Of a stretch of DNA of 64,000 bases, positions 20,812-31,121 are shown piece by piece. The DNA lies in NCBI GenBank assembly GCA_051874735.1, contig JBJEGD010000002.1, forward strand, positions 67,721 to 131,720. Reading direction: 5' to 3'. Below the pieces are notes generated by a model. It was not told the origin of the DNA and did not search any database. It saw nothing but the letters and a program-made list of their open reading frames with translations. How positions within the stretch are numbered: the first letter of the stretch is position 1; the number at the start of each line of letters is the position of its first letter. The position numbers were made by a program, and so were the translations under genes. The DNA is from Candidatus Bruticola sp. (GTDB lineage Bacteria > Vulcanimicrobiota > Xenobia > Xenobiales > Xenobiaceae).

Positions 20812-21136
20812 TTTTGTACCTCACGTATTAGGCTGCAAATTATTTTGAGTATCCGGACCATAGGACGTCCGAAGGGGAAAGAAACAAAAACTAAGAATAA
20901 GCACGGGGTATTCTATAAAGGAAGGCGATTGCTCCCCCTGCTTGCCGACAATTTGAAGGCTTAAAGAAATTGCGTGTTTTTCTTCTTAACAGGTCCCGGA
21001 GTGGATAAAAAATTCTTTCTAAAAATTAAATTTGCAAATATTTTTCTGCCAATCTATCCAAATCTCTTTCAGCTCCATATTCCGTCTGTTTTAATTTACA
21101 TACCTACAAAAGAATAAAAGGGAGGTACGCTCCAAC

Positions 21137-22090
21137 ATGTCAAGCACTTCTAAACTTTCTCTTACTCTTTGCAGTGCGGCCTTATTGTTCAGCTTATCCG
21201 CTCCAGCTATAGCTGATCCATCTGATATCAGCGGTATGGCCAATTTAAACCAGAATTCCTTAGTGACGGTGTCCGATGTTAAGGCGAAATCTGAAAAACC
21301 GCGCCTGCACATATTGCAGGTCAAAGATGACAAAGGAGTAAAATTTCAGCCCATTGAAGTACTGGCTTGGGATATAAATGGCGACAATTCTGTACAAAAA
21401 GCCAGCGATTTAGAAGCCATATGTCAAGTTCCCGGACGTCCCTATCACTTTTATGCTTTTGAAAGCGGTTATTGGAAGGGAGGAGCCGGCAGAGCCTTCG
21501 AGTTGGAAATAGGTCACGATCCATACGTAGGATGGATGGCCAGAGTCGTCAATGTTTTCCATCCTTTTCCTGAACCGGAGGACGGTACCACAGCAGACCA
21601 CTTACAGATAGAGGGCTGTGCGGCCCTACAGGATGGTCAACAGAACACTTATATTTTCCTCGGCCTGCGCGGTGACTCAGATCATCCAGGACAATTAGTT
21701 GTCAAACGCTTAGAAGGCGATGTTTTAACTGAAATTGAGCGCAAAGATATCGATCTCCGCTCTTTCTTCAAAGGCGGCCGCAGCTGCTCAGACTTAAACC
21801 TGCAGCCTATGGGCGTAAACAAATTCCGCGTTCTCAGTGTAGGCACGATTGATAAGGGAGACTTAGGCCCCTTCGATTCCGTTATCTGCGAAGTGGGCAC
21901 TATCGAATTGCAAAATAAAGGCTATAAACTTTCTATGCACAATAAACCCATAGACAAATACCGCTTCAGCGGCCTGAAAGTTGAGTCTCTTTGCGGTTAC
22001 TTTGGTGAAAACGCTAATCTTTGCATAGGAACAGACGACGAAGCTTATCAAGTGGTATTCCGTCCCCTTCCGCGTATAGAATTGAAATAA
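21137..22090 (+). CDS. Secreted protein of unknown function.
   Basis: N-terminal signal peptide LSLTLCSAALLFSLSAPAIA. Strong RBS aagggagg 8 nt upstream. No recognisable domain. Confidence 0.5.
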   Translation: MSSTSKLSLTLCSAALLFSLSAPAIADPSDISGMANLNQNSLVTVSDVKAKSEKPRLHILQVKDDKGVKFQPIEVLAWDINGDNSVQKASDLEAICQVPGRPYHFYAFESGYWKGGAGRAFELEIGHDPYVGWMARVVNVFHPFPEPEDGTTADHLQIEGCAALQDGQQNTYIFLGLRGDSDHPGQLVVKRLEGDVLTEIERKDIDLRSFFKGGRSCSDLNLQPMGVNKFRVLSVGTIDKGDLGPFDSVICEVGTIELQNKGYKLSMHNKPIDKYRFSGLKVESLCGYFGENANLCIGTDDEAYQVVFRPLPRIELK

Positions 22091-22240
22091 AATCAATAAT
22101 AGAGTTCTATTTACCAGCCCTCAGATGTATAACTCCGAGGGATTTTCTACAGCGGCTTGTATTCAACAAGCACTTTGTTGGAGCGGCCCAAGTGCCGCTC
22201 ATTTGCTGTTAATATCAGCTAGAAAGGCGATAAACTTCAT

Positions 22241-23878
22241 ATGAAACTGTTCATCGCACAAATAAATCCTACTGTCGGCAACCTCAAAGAAAACAGCTCC
22301 AAAATTATGGAGGCGATCTCCAGAGCTAAAGCGGCCGGAGCGTCGCTAGCCGTTTTCCCTCAAATGGCTCTGACGGGATATCCTCCCCAAGATCTACTTT
22401 GTAATACCTCTTTTATCCAAGCGATCTGCGAATATTCCCGCCAAATAGGTGCTGTTTGCGAAGGCATAAGCGTTATAATCGGCTCGCCTCTCCCCCAGCA
22501 AACTGAACAAGATCTATCTCTTTACAACGGTTCTCTGTTCTTCACCGGAGAAACTGGCGCTTCGCCCCAACTTCTTAAGTCAACCGTTTTGCGCGATCAT
22601 TCTTGGTTCAATGCTTCCAACTATTTTGAAAACGGAGAGGATATACCAGTTATCAAAGATCACCAAAACTTTACAATTATTCTGTCTACAGATGATGAAT
22701 GCTTAGACGAAGATTTTGGCCTTTTTGTTGAAACAACAAAAAAAGATACAGCCAAGCCGATAATGATTGTCAATCTGGCCGCTCGTCCTTTTGAAACAGG
22801 TCTGTGGCAACGCCATATAACTTGTCTGAAGCATCAAGCTCAAAAGTTAGGAGCCTATATTTTAGAGGCCAATTTAATCGGCGGCCAAGATCAAATTATA
22901 TTAGAGGGTGGATCTGTATTAATCTCTCCGCAGGGAGAGCTGATAAATCAGGCGCCACGTTTCCAAGAGTATACAGCCGTTTGGGATACTGACGCAGAGC
23001 CATGCCAACAGCCTGCTTCAGACAACTTATGGAGCGAAGAATCGGAACAGATAGAGGCTATCTGTTTGGGGATGGGCGATTATATGCGCAAAAACGGATT
23101 TACCGATGTAGTTTTAGGCATTTCTGGAGGTATTGACTCCGCTCTGTGCGCGGCCTTAGCAGTGAGAACGTTAGGTTCGGAACATGTCCATGGCATCTAT
23201 ATGCCTAGTTGCTACAGCACTGACATCAGTCAAGAAGAGGGAGCCAAACTCTGCCGCAGCCTCAATATAGATCTTCAGCTTCTGCCTATTGAAGGTCCTA
23301 GATCGGCTTTTACTGAGTTATTAGCGCCTGTATTTGCCGACCGTCCATTCGATATAACTGAAGAGAATATTCAAGCTCGCATCAGAGCCATTTTAGTTAT
23401 GGCACTTTCTAATAAATTTGGGTGGTTGGCTATCTGTACCGGCAACAAAGCTGAAGAAGCTGTAGGTTACTCTACTATGTATGGAGATGGTGCTGGGGGT
23501 ATAGCTCCCATTATGGATCTTTATAAACATCAAGTTAGGGCTCTCTGCCGCTGTTTAAATAAAGATGGAGAAATCATTCCCGATTTAATTATTACCCGTC
23601 CACCTTCCGCCGAATTGCACGAGGGACAGAAAGATTCCGACAGTCTTCCCGACTACGATATTTTAGACAAACTTCTGCAAGCTTACTTAGAAGAGGGCAA
23701 AACTAAAGCGGAACTTGTTGCTTCCGGTTTTGCCTCTGAAATGGTGGATAAAGTTGTCCGCCTGACCGAAAGAAGCGAATTCAAACGGCGACAAGGTCCC
23801 ATTGGTCTTAAGCTTTCTCCTATGCTGTTAGGTCTCGATCGCTGTATGCCTATTACTAAGGGGATTAACAATCTGTAA
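22241..23878 (+). CDS. nadE: Glutamine-dependent NAD+ synthetase (N-terminal CN-hydrolase domain plus C-terminal NAD synthetase domain).
   Basis: PP-loop GISGGIDSALCAALAV. N-terminal nitrilase-like domain. 545 aa. Confidence 0.85.
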   Translation: MKLFIAQINPTVGNLKENSSKIMEAISRAKAAGASLAVFPQMALTGYPPQDLLCNTSFIQAICEYSRQIGAVCEGISVIIGSPLPQQTEQDLSLYNGSLFFTGETGASPQLLKSTVLRDHSWFNASNYFENGEDIPVIKDHQNFTIILSTDDECLDEDFGLFVETTKKDTAKPIMIVNLAARPFETGLWQRHITCLKHQAQKLGAYILEANLIGGQDQIILEGGSVLISPQGELINQAPRFQEYTAVWDTDAEPCQQPASDNLWSEESEQIEAICLGMGDYMRKNGFTDVVLGISGGIDSALCAALAVRTLGSEHVHGIYMPSCYSTDISQEEGAKLCRSLNIDLQLLPIEGPRSAFTELLAPVFADRPFDITEENIQARIRAILVMALSNKFGWLAICTGNKAEEAVGYSTMYGDGAGGIAPIMDLYKHQVRALCRCLNKDGEIIPDLIITRPPSAELHEGQKDSDSLPDYDILDKLLQAYLEEGKTKAELVASGFASEMVDKVVRLTERSEFKRRQGPIGLKLSPMLLGLDRCMPITKGINNL

Positions 23879-24013
23879 TTTTACTGTGTACTAACATGTT
23901 AGGCGGGCCGACAACTTCAGCAAGTTGCCGGTTCGCTTATTTAGTTAAAAGATTTTGTCATAAAACTTTTTTAACTCTTGAATTCAGCAAGTTCATTGTG
24001 AGAATATCTTTGT

Positions 24014-25024
24014 ATGGGAATGGAAATTCGCGGTCCTAATTTAGGTACATACGATGCAGGCTATCTGCAAGCTGTCCAACGGGAGATGGCTCGCAGCGTC
24101 AAATCCAACATTTTAAAAGAAGTTGGCGACATCGAAGACCAGGTAGCCTTAGCTCTGCAAGGCAATCTGGAAGACATAGTAACCCTGTCGCCCGAAGCCA
24201 AAGCTTATCTAAAAAAACTGCGCAAAAAGCTTTTAGAGCACAGGGGGCTAGATCTTATAGGTGAGGAAGATGATGAGGAGGAGGCATCTCCAGAGCAAGA
24301 TTTTAACGGTTTGCTCAACGATCTTGACTCTTTCCGAAAAAGTAAATCGGAACAAGAAGGGCAGAAAAGTCCCAAAAACTTAATATTCCCTTCAACTATA
24401 CAACTTTCTGGATTTATTCCTCAAGCCCGTCCCCCTGTACGAAGGCGAGTATATTCAGCAGTGCGCGAAAATATCAACCGCATGATTTATTATGCTCCCG
24501 ACGACAGTTCCCGCAGCAAAGTCCAAGACGAACTGGAACCGATGGGTTCAAAAATTATCTCGCAGGTTAAGTCTTTTGGAGCTCACATAATTGTTCTCGA
24601 TCGACGTCAGGCTTTAACTCAATTAAAAATTAAAGGTATGTATGTTGTAGCTCCATCGGAAAAGACTTTCGACGGCCGCTTCTGGTCAGAAGTCCGTGGC
24701 CTTTACGACTCTTCCCGGCGCCTGCTGGTTATAGGCGAGGAGCAACTGGGACAGCCCAATCACTCGGTAGCCCGCCACGAGTTTGCTCATGCTTACGACA
24801 ACGCTTTCAGTGAAGGTCACGGTCGTCGGCTTCCTCTGTCTGTGCAGTTATGGAATCGCTTTCGCCACACGCGCACCGGATTGGTGTCTAATTATGCGGC
24901 AACCAATCCAGCCGAATATTTCGCAGAAACTGTTGAGGCCTTTTTCCAACCATCTCTAAAACCATTAGTTGAACAGCGTGATCCAGAGATGTACGCCTAC
25001 TTGGAAGATCTTTTTAATGCTTAA
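24014..25024 (+). CDS. Protein with a C-terminal zincin domain resembling anthrax lethal factor / M34 (ATLF-like). No signal peptide. Acidic low-complexity linker.
   Basis: HEFAHAYD (HExxH) followed about 45 aa later by NPAEYFAETVEAFF (the third-ligand Glu motif of the ATLF/M34 family). N-terminal 200 aa have no recognisable domain and contain an EEDDEEEASPEQD stretch. Confidence 0.5.
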   Translation: MGMEIRGPNLGTYDAGYLQAVQREMARSVKSNILKEVGDIEDQVALALQGNLEDIVTLSPEAKAYLKKLRKKLLEHRGLDLIGEEDDEEEASPEQDFNGLLNDLDSFRKSKSEQEGQKSPKNLIFPSTIQLSGFIPQARPPVRRRVYSAVRENINRMIYYAPDDSSRSKVQDELEPMGSKIISQVKSFGAHIIVLDRRQALTQLKIKGMYVVAPSEKTFDGRFWSEVRGLYDSSRRLLVIGEEQLGQPNHSVARHEFAHAYDNAFSEGHGRRLPLSVQLWNRFRHTRTGLVSNYAATNPAEYFAETVEAFFQPSLKPLVEQRDPEMYAYLEDLFNA

Positions 25025-25152
25025 TAAAGAGTTTTAGAGTGAGAAGGGCTTTGCCATCTAAAAGGAAAAAGCGCTCCTGCCGCTGTAACTACTACTTAAA
25101 TCGAAAACAAATAACAATTTTTACTCATTATGTCAGGATTATTCCAGAGCTT

Positions 25153-28100
25153 ATGAACAGACTCACCCTTACTGCAGCCGTTTCATTACTTTTTCTTGCT
25201 CCTCTGTCGGCAGCTTACGCACAAGAGCCTCAAGTTCATGGCAAGCTATATAATTCCTATACTCGAGCGGTAGCTCAAGCCAACCCTTGGGATAAATACC
25301 AAGCTGAACCTGCTGGCTCAGGCTCTAAATCGGCCCCAGATAATCTGCCTAACAAAGCAGCTAACCAAACTCCATCCTCAAATTCTAGCACCGGTTCGCT
25401 TGCCAATCCCTGGGATAAATATCAAGCGGAGCCCGCTGGACGGCACCTCCCTGCTGCTAAATCATCTTCTCCATCTAAGGCAGCCTCTATGCCAGTTCCA
25501 GCTACAGCTGAAGGTGCTCCACAAATAGAAGACGGGCTTCCTGCGGCTACTGGCGCCAATCCCTGGGATAAGTACACTCCCGCTCCTACCGCCTCTAAAG
25601 CAAAAAAGAAAAACGTTGCCAAAGTAAAAGAGCGCCCTGAGAAATTAGAGTTAGCTGAACCGCTGCCGATCGGTGAAATTCCCCAAGGAACTCCCGTGCT
25701 CAAAAACAATTTAGCCGTCGGCATCGACAACTACTTTGCTATAGAATATTCGGATCAATTAGTCGGCTATTCACATTACAAAATTAACCGCCTTTTAACC
25801 TTAGGTGGTCAATCCACTTATGTAATGGATTCGGCGTCTCGCATAAAAATGGGTGTCGATTCTGTACAAGATCTGAAATTTACCGCTAACACCCAAATAG
25901 ATAAAAAGACTTTAGCTCCAGCTCTTTTCCTCTGTGTGCAAGGGGAAGCAAAAAGCCAAGAAGCCTTGAGCGTCAACTGCATATATTCCGAAGATTTTAT
26001 CGCGCAAAACAACAATTATATGGGCAAGGAGCAGGGGTATCTGCAAAAATACGCTGATGGGAAGCCTCCGCTGCTCGTCTTTAACAATTTATGGGGGCAC
26101 CTCGATACTTTCCCTGAACATTACTGGCTGATGGTTAGAGCGGCTTCTCAAGGAGGAGTTCTTGAGACTTACGATCCCATACTCCAAGGCATAGGCAAAA
26201 CTATAGTTTATAAGCCCATTAAGGAGACTTGGAAAGATCGAAACGGTCAAGCTCACACAACTTTTGTCTATAAAATTACAGATGCGTTCTCAGCACCTTT
26301 AGCCTACGTGCGTGTTTATGCTAAAAATTACGAATTAGCTGAGATAAGAGAGATTGGCTCAGGTTTAGTTTTCCGCCGTTCTACTCCCGGTGTCGTGGCT
26401 GCAGTAGAAAAGTCGCCTGGACAGCGCATCAAAGCTAATGCAGAAATATCCAATGTATATTTTCAAGATCCTGATAAGCTCACATATTTGGAGGCTTTCG
26501 TTGATCTGCGTCTGCGCGGAGGAGAATTGGCCCAACATCAAGTTAGGGGCTACAAGCAAAAATTTTACGGCGAAGTCAAAGAAGGGAAAATTAGAGGACG
26601 AGCGGTCGTTCAAAGTGAGATTGAAAATAACGAGCCCGAGGCAAAATTTCCCTTTAATGTCGATGTACCACCTGAGCTTGAAAAGTATCTTCAAGCTTGC
26701 CCAGGTATTGAACTTGAAGTTACCAGCCTGACTACCAAAGCTAAAGAGATTACTTGGAAATCGGAAAGTGCCTTTCAAGCTGCTCAGCGTCTGAACGGCT
26801 ACGTATCTAATCAAATAGGTGAAGGCGTAGCTCTTCCTTCAGCTAGACAGACTTTAGAGAACCAGATAGGTAATCCCGAAGGCAAAGCTCTGCTACTTAC
26901 GGCCATGCTGCGCGCTCTGAAAATTCCGGCCCGCATGGTAGGTGGCTTGTCTTATAATAATGGCTCCTTCACTGCCCATCGCTGGGTTGAAGCCTGGCTG
27001 GGTCCTAAAGACGGCTGGATTCCTTTCGATCCTAGCACTAACGAATCAGGTTTTATTAACGCTTCCCATATAACTTTGTGGGAGAGCGGCGATCTGCAAG
27101 CTATGGATGTTTACGTTGAGAAGTTCTCTCCCCGTCCGGCCCGCACGACCTCGTATTTCAAAACTCCTCTTAAGTGGCCTATAGGTGAGAAACGAACCTA
27201 CTTTATTTATCATCAGGGCAAACTAATTGGTTTAGAAAGTTCCCATATGTACGATATGGAAGTAAACGAAGGAGGAGAAACTTATAACTTTAAGTCTGAA
27301 TCGGTCATAATTAGGGAGGATGCCCCCTTAATATTCGAGAGTACTCTAAATTTAAATCAAAACGGATTGCCCGTCTCATTCAGTTCTTCTGAAGATAATG
27401 GTCAACGTGTACATCACGAAGCTTTTAGTTTCCAGGGCACTAATATAGTCCAAAATTTATCCTTGAAAGATTCCCCATCGCTGCCTAGGCCGGCTAAATC
27501 TAAAATGCGGTTAGAGCGTGAAAAACAAGAAGCTGAACAGGCTACTTCGGCTAGACAAGCAGAAGAGGTTATGGAGAATAATCCACCTGCTCCTGAAACC
27601 ATTCAAGTAGACAACTCTTCAGATTCAGAGGTTGTCCAGTCCTCAACTACCTCAGCGGCAGTGACCAATTCAGCAGTTCAGACTCAGGACAATAATACAG
27701 AGAAACTAGCAGAAGCGGCCTCTGCTGATTCTTCTAAGCCTACCGATCCGACAGAGCAGAAAAACTCTCAATCAAGCTCTGACAAACCTACTGACAACGA
27801 AGTTAATAGCAGCGAAACGGAACAGTTAGGGCAAAGTTTAGGAGAGGCGGCTCAAAATTCTCAGCAAGATATAACAGGATCAGACGACTCTCCGGAGCCA
27901 GCTGTTTCTGATGAGGCAAAAGCTGCAGCAGAAGCTGAAGCCCAAAAACAAGCAGATTTAAAGGCCCGTCAAGCAGCTAAGGAGAAACTTATAGAAGTCA
28001 AAGCTTGCTACGACGAAGCCAAGCAGACGGAAGCAGCTAAACAGCAAGATAATTCAACTCAAGAAAGCAGCCCTTCCTCTCTTCCAGATGAAGATGCAGA

Positions 28101-28662
28101 GATAACAACGAGGCGGATTCCTTATTCTGTAGGGACCTATCTTGTTGATCCTCGCTTCCTTTCTCAGTGGGCTTTAGTTGTCGAACAGAGTCCTGCAGTA
28201 GCTTCTGAGACGTCATCGGAAGCCTCAAATGACGCATCTGCCTCCCCTTCTATGCCTAACGTTGATCCCAATGTTGGCGTCGTCAGCTCCAGCGAAGTTA
28301 TTGTTCCGCAAAGCAGCTCAAATACATCTACCAATCAGTCTTCGGAAGCGGGAACCGCTGTAGGTGAAACTGGAGCCGACACTTTCAGTCAGCCTAACCA
28401 AAACGAAGATGAAAACGATGAAACCTACAGTTTCAAAGCTTTCATTCCCAGCTCTCTAAAAGTGCAAGATCTGACTCTTCAGAGGGCAGACGCTGATGAA
28501 ACTATAGTGATGCCCGACGGCACTGAAATAGAGGCGGCTAGACTCGACACAGAGAAAGGTATGCTTTTCTTCATGGATCTAAAAACAGGTAAGGTAGTCA
28601 AGATTAGCATTCCAAGTCAAAATTTGGAAATGTATTTAGAAGATACCCATTTTGAGCTCTAA
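25153..28662 (+). CDS. Large secreted protein. Signal peptide, three ANPWDKYQAEPAG repeats, a transglutaminase-like domain lacking the catalytic Cys, and a long acidic S/T/Q/E/D-rich C-terminal region. The start is taken at MNRLTLTAAV rather than the upstream Met of the ORF track.
   Basis: Signal LTAAVSLLFLAPLSAAYAQEP. TGase-like core ALLLTAMLRALKIPARMVGG...AHRWVEAWLGPKDGWIPFDPS has His and Asp but no Cys at the expected G-x-C position. Residues about 800-1150 are low complexity. Confidence 0.6.
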   Translation: MNRLTLTAAVSLLFLAPLSAAYAQEPQVHGKLYNSYTRAVAQANPWDKYQAEPAGSGSKSAPDNLPNKAANQTPSSNSSTGSLANPWDKYQAEPAGRHLPAAKSSSPSKAASMPVPATAEGAPQIEDGLPAATGANPWDKYTPAPTASKAKKKNVAKVKERPEKLELAEPLPIGEIPQGTPVLKNNLAVGIDNYFAIEYSDQLVGYSHYKINRLLTLGGQSTYVMDSASRIKMGVDSVQDLKFTANTQIDKKTLAPALFLCVQGEAKSQEALSVNCIYSEDFIAQNNNYMGKEQGYLQKYADGKPPLLVFNNLWGHLDTFPEHYWLMVRAASQGGVLETYDPILQGIGKTIVYKPIKETWKDRNGQAHTTFVYKITDAFSAPLAYVRVYAKNYELAEIREIGSGLVFRRSTPGVVAAVEKSPGQRIKANAEISNVYFQDPDKLTYLEAFVDLRLRGGELAQHQVRGYKQKFYGEVKEGKIRGRAVVQSEIENNEPEAKFPFNVDVPPELEKYLQACPGIELEVTSLTTKAKEITWKSESAFQAAQRLNGYVSNQIGEGVALPSARQTLENQIGNPEGKALLLTAMLRALKIPARMVGGLSYNNGSFTAHRWVEAWLGPKDGWIPFDPSTNESGFINASHITLWESGDLQAMDVYVEKFSPRPARTTSYFKTPLKWPIGEKRTYFIYHQGKLIGLESSHMYDMEVNEGGETYNFKSESVIIREDAPLIFESTLNLNQNGLPVSFSSSEDNGQRVHHEAFSFQGTNIVQNLSLKDSPSLPRPAKSKMRLEREKQEAEQATSARQAEEVMENNPPAPETIQVDNSSDSEVVQSSTTSAAVTNSAVQTQDNNTEKLAEAASADSSKPTDPTEQKNSQSSSDKPTDNEVNSSETEQLGQSLGEAAQNSQQDITGSDDSPEPAVSDEAKAAAEAEAQKQADLKARQAAKEKLIEVKACYDEAKQTEAAKQQDNSTQESSPSSLPDEDAEITTRRIPYSVGTYLVDPRFLSQWALVVEQSPAVASETSSEASNDASASPSMPNVDPNVGVVSSSEVIVPQSSSNTSTNQSSEAGTAVGETGADTFSQPNQNEDENDETYSFKAFIPSSLKVQDLTLQRADADETIVMPDGTEIEAARLDTEKGMLFFMDLKTGKVVKISIPSQNLEMYLEDTHFEL

Positions 28663-28834
28663 AGAGAGTTAATGGCAAAGATCATCACCTGAAAATGATT
28701 CCCGGAAAGGGCTTAATCTTATCCGGATAAACTAAAGAGCGAGCACATCAAATTCGTTTTCTGCTGATTTGACGTCTCGCCTTTTCGTGTATATTTCAGC
28801 AGATCATACCTAGGTAATTATTTGTGAGTTTACG

Positions 28835-30463
28835 ATGAAAGTTTTAGTAGGCCAAGAGGGCCGATACATGTTGGCAGAACGATTGGGCAAAGGTGGTATG
28901 GGAGAAGTATACAGGGCTGTAGGTAATAGCCGCAACACTGATGTAGCTATAAAAATACTGCTTCCAGCTTTATGCCATCGAGAGTCTTCTCGCAAGCGCT
29001 TTGCTCGCGAGGCAGAAGCGGCTAGAAAATTAAATCATCCTGGCATTGTCAAAGTTTTAGACTACGGTCAATTTGATAATCGGCCTTTTATCGTTATGGA
29101 GTTAGTTACCGGACAGTCACTGCGCGAGTACGTTCGCAATAAACGTCCCCTTCTCTCTCCAGAAGAGCTTTTGCTCCTCACCGCTGATCTATGTGACGCT
29201 ATTCAACATGCTCATAGCAAAGGTATTATCCATCGCGATCTGAAGCCGGATAATATTTTTGTCACCCATCAGGGCAAAATTAAAATTTTGGACTTTGGCC
29301 TAGCGAAACTGAGTTTAGATACAGATTTGACCGCTTTGACCAGATCGGGGACAGCCCTTGGAACTTGTACCTACATGTCTCCAGAGCAAGCTGAAGGCAA
29401 GGAAGCCACTCCACGCTCAGACCTTTATTCAATAGGCGTGATGCTCTATGAATTTTTTTGCGGCCTGACTCCTTTTTCTGCAGCTGAAGCCTCCGAAGTA
29501 TTGTACATGCAAGTAAATCGAAATCCTAAGCCTCCCTGCGATGTGGATCAGCATATACCGTTAGAAATAAGCAATCTTATTCTCAGGCTCATGAGTAAAA
29601 ATCCTGAGAATCGTCCCAGTTCAGCAGCGATCCTTAAAGAAGAGATACGTACAATTATCAAACATTTACAGGAAGGCACTGTTAACTACAAACAGAACCA
29701 GATGTCTGATTATATAAATGCTGCCAGGCAGGCCCAACTCCAGCTGCAATCTAACCGACAGACAGATAGTTCAGATACTCTAAATCTGAATATAAACAGG
29801 GATTCAGAACAAGAAGAAAATCGGCCAGATGCTTACATAAATCGAGAACGCTACGCTGTTCAGCTGGATTACCAAGAAGCGGCTTCTTATCCACAGAACT
29901 ATGCAGCACGAGTTACACCTAAGATAGAAAAATACAACCTTCCTAAACGAGTTACAGTTCTATCTATGTTAGCTCCCATAAAAGATATACTGCAGTCTTC
30001 CACCATGCTTAACAACCTTTCTAAGAGTATAGGCGAGGCTATGCGCCAAGCGGTGGAAATAAACGGAGGCTTTGTGCTTCTGAATGAAGGCTCCAATTTA
30101 AAAGCAGCCTTTACCGATGAATATGCTGGTACAAGAGCGGTTCGTTCTGTTCTCAGAACTCAAATGACTCTCAGACAGATCTATCGAGAGTTCGGTCTAT
30201 ATCAGCCCCCTTGTATGGCATCGGGTATTTACTCCGACGTTATACCTCCCTCTGTAAAAGGCTCATTTACTAAGGACAATTTAAGAGAAATAATTATCGG
30301 TGCCGTCACCTTAGGGAAATGGGCCAGCAAATATCCAAATGCAATTTTTATCTGCCTTGAGAGTGTCGATGCAGGTTTACGCTGCCAGAAAGTACGCACA
30401 ATTTGCCTGCGCAATCGAAAAACTCCAGTACAAATATGCAGAGTTATAGAGCTCATGCAATAA
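28835..30463 (+). CDS. Hanks-type Ser/Thr protein kinase with an uncharacterised C-terminal domain of about 250 aa.
   Basis: GKGGMGEVYRA...VAIK (ATP site). HRDLKPDNIF (catalytic loop). DFGLAK. GTCTYMSPEQ (activation and P+1 loop). Confidence 0.8.
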   Translation: MKVLVGQEGRYMLAERLGKGGMGEVYRAVGNSRNTDVAIKILLPALCHRESSRKRFAREAEAARKLNHPGIVKVLDYGQFDNRPFIVMELVTGQSLREYVRNKRPLLSPEELLLLTADLCDAIQHAHSKGIIHRDLKPDNIFVTHQGKIKILDFGLAKLSLDTDLTALTRSGTALGTCTYMSPEQAEGKEATPRSDLYSIGVMLYEFFCGLTPFSAAEASEVLYMQVNRNPKPPCDVDQHIPLEISNLILRLMSKNPENRPSSAAILKEEIRTIIKHLQEGTVNYKQNQMSDYINAARQAQLQLQSNRQTDSSDTLNLNINRDSEQEENRPDAYINRERYAVQLDYQEAASYPQNYAARVTPKIEKYNLPKRVTVLSMLAPIKDILQSSTMLNNLSKSIGEAMRQAVEINGGFVLLNEGSNLKAAFTDEYAGTRAVRSVLRTQMTLRQIYREFGLYQPPCMASGIYSDVIPPSVKGSFTKDNLREIIIGAVTLGKWASKYPNAIFICLESVDAGLRCQKVRTICLRNRKTPVQICRVIELMQ

Positions 30464-30636
30464 GGGCTAACTTTAGTTCCTATTAGCAAAAATGACCTAA
30501 AATCAACCTATAAAGGCTTTTATCCAACAGGATAGAAGACCAGCATTTGGCTCAAAATATTTTCTGACTTACCATTGTTGTCTAGAGACAACTGATAAGT
30601 TCAGAAGGCCCAACAAATGCAACGTACAGGTGAATT

Positions 30637-31065
30637 GTGGCTTACACACTTATTTGCTACATTATTCCGCTGATATTACTTGTAATAGCTCTCTGCATGC
30701 TGATCAGCGATCTTATATTTATGCGCCGCGAGAAGAAGAACGGTATAGAAACCGGTTTCAGCTCGGTGTGGTTTATCGTACGGGTAGTGAAAATTATCTC
30801 CATCCTAGGAGTTGCTTACGCGATGTACACTCTGGATCCGCAGTTTTTACAAGCCCGTCCAGAAAATGCTCCTCCTGCAGATGCAGCAGCTCTCAATTCC
30901 TACAATTGGCAGTGGAATATAATTTTTGTCATGATTTTAATATTCTCTGCTTCATTTGTAACTGATGTATTCGGCCGTCTCAGGCTGCTGCAAACGAGCG
31001 AAGATAAAAGAGCTGAAAAGTTTTTTCAACTGAGTACGGATCTTTCTTCAGAGCATCAGTCATAA
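30637..31065 (+). CDS. Small integral membrane protein (about 3 TM helices) of unknown function.
   Basis: Hydrophobic segments IPLILLVIALCMLISDLIF, FIVRVVKIISILGVAYAMY and IIFVMILIFSASFVT. The overlapping ORF 30630..30965 in another frame is less protein-like. Confidence 0.4.
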   Translation: MAYTLICYIIPLILLVIALCMLISDLIFMRREKKNGIETGFSSVWFIVRVVKIISILGVAYAMYTLDPQFLQARPENAPPADAAALNSYNWQWNIIFVMILIFSASFVTDVFGRLRLLQTSEDKRAEKFFQLSTDLSSEHQS

Positions 31066-31121
31066 TGAAAAAATATATTGTAAGCTAAATTTTCTTTGTA
31101 ATACAAGGAGAGAAAAAAATT

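Noticed and set aside
18493-22090. Considered whether the PolB gene marks a casposon or pipolin-type self-replicating element.
   Set aside because: No Cas1, integrase, terminal inverted repeats or tRNA target is visible nearby. The neighbours are ordinary metabolic genes.
30630-30965. ORF overlapping the small membrane protein gene 30637..31065 in a different frame.
   Set aside because: Its translation is Cys/Ser/Arg-rich and non-protein-like, whereas the other frame gives clean TM helices.
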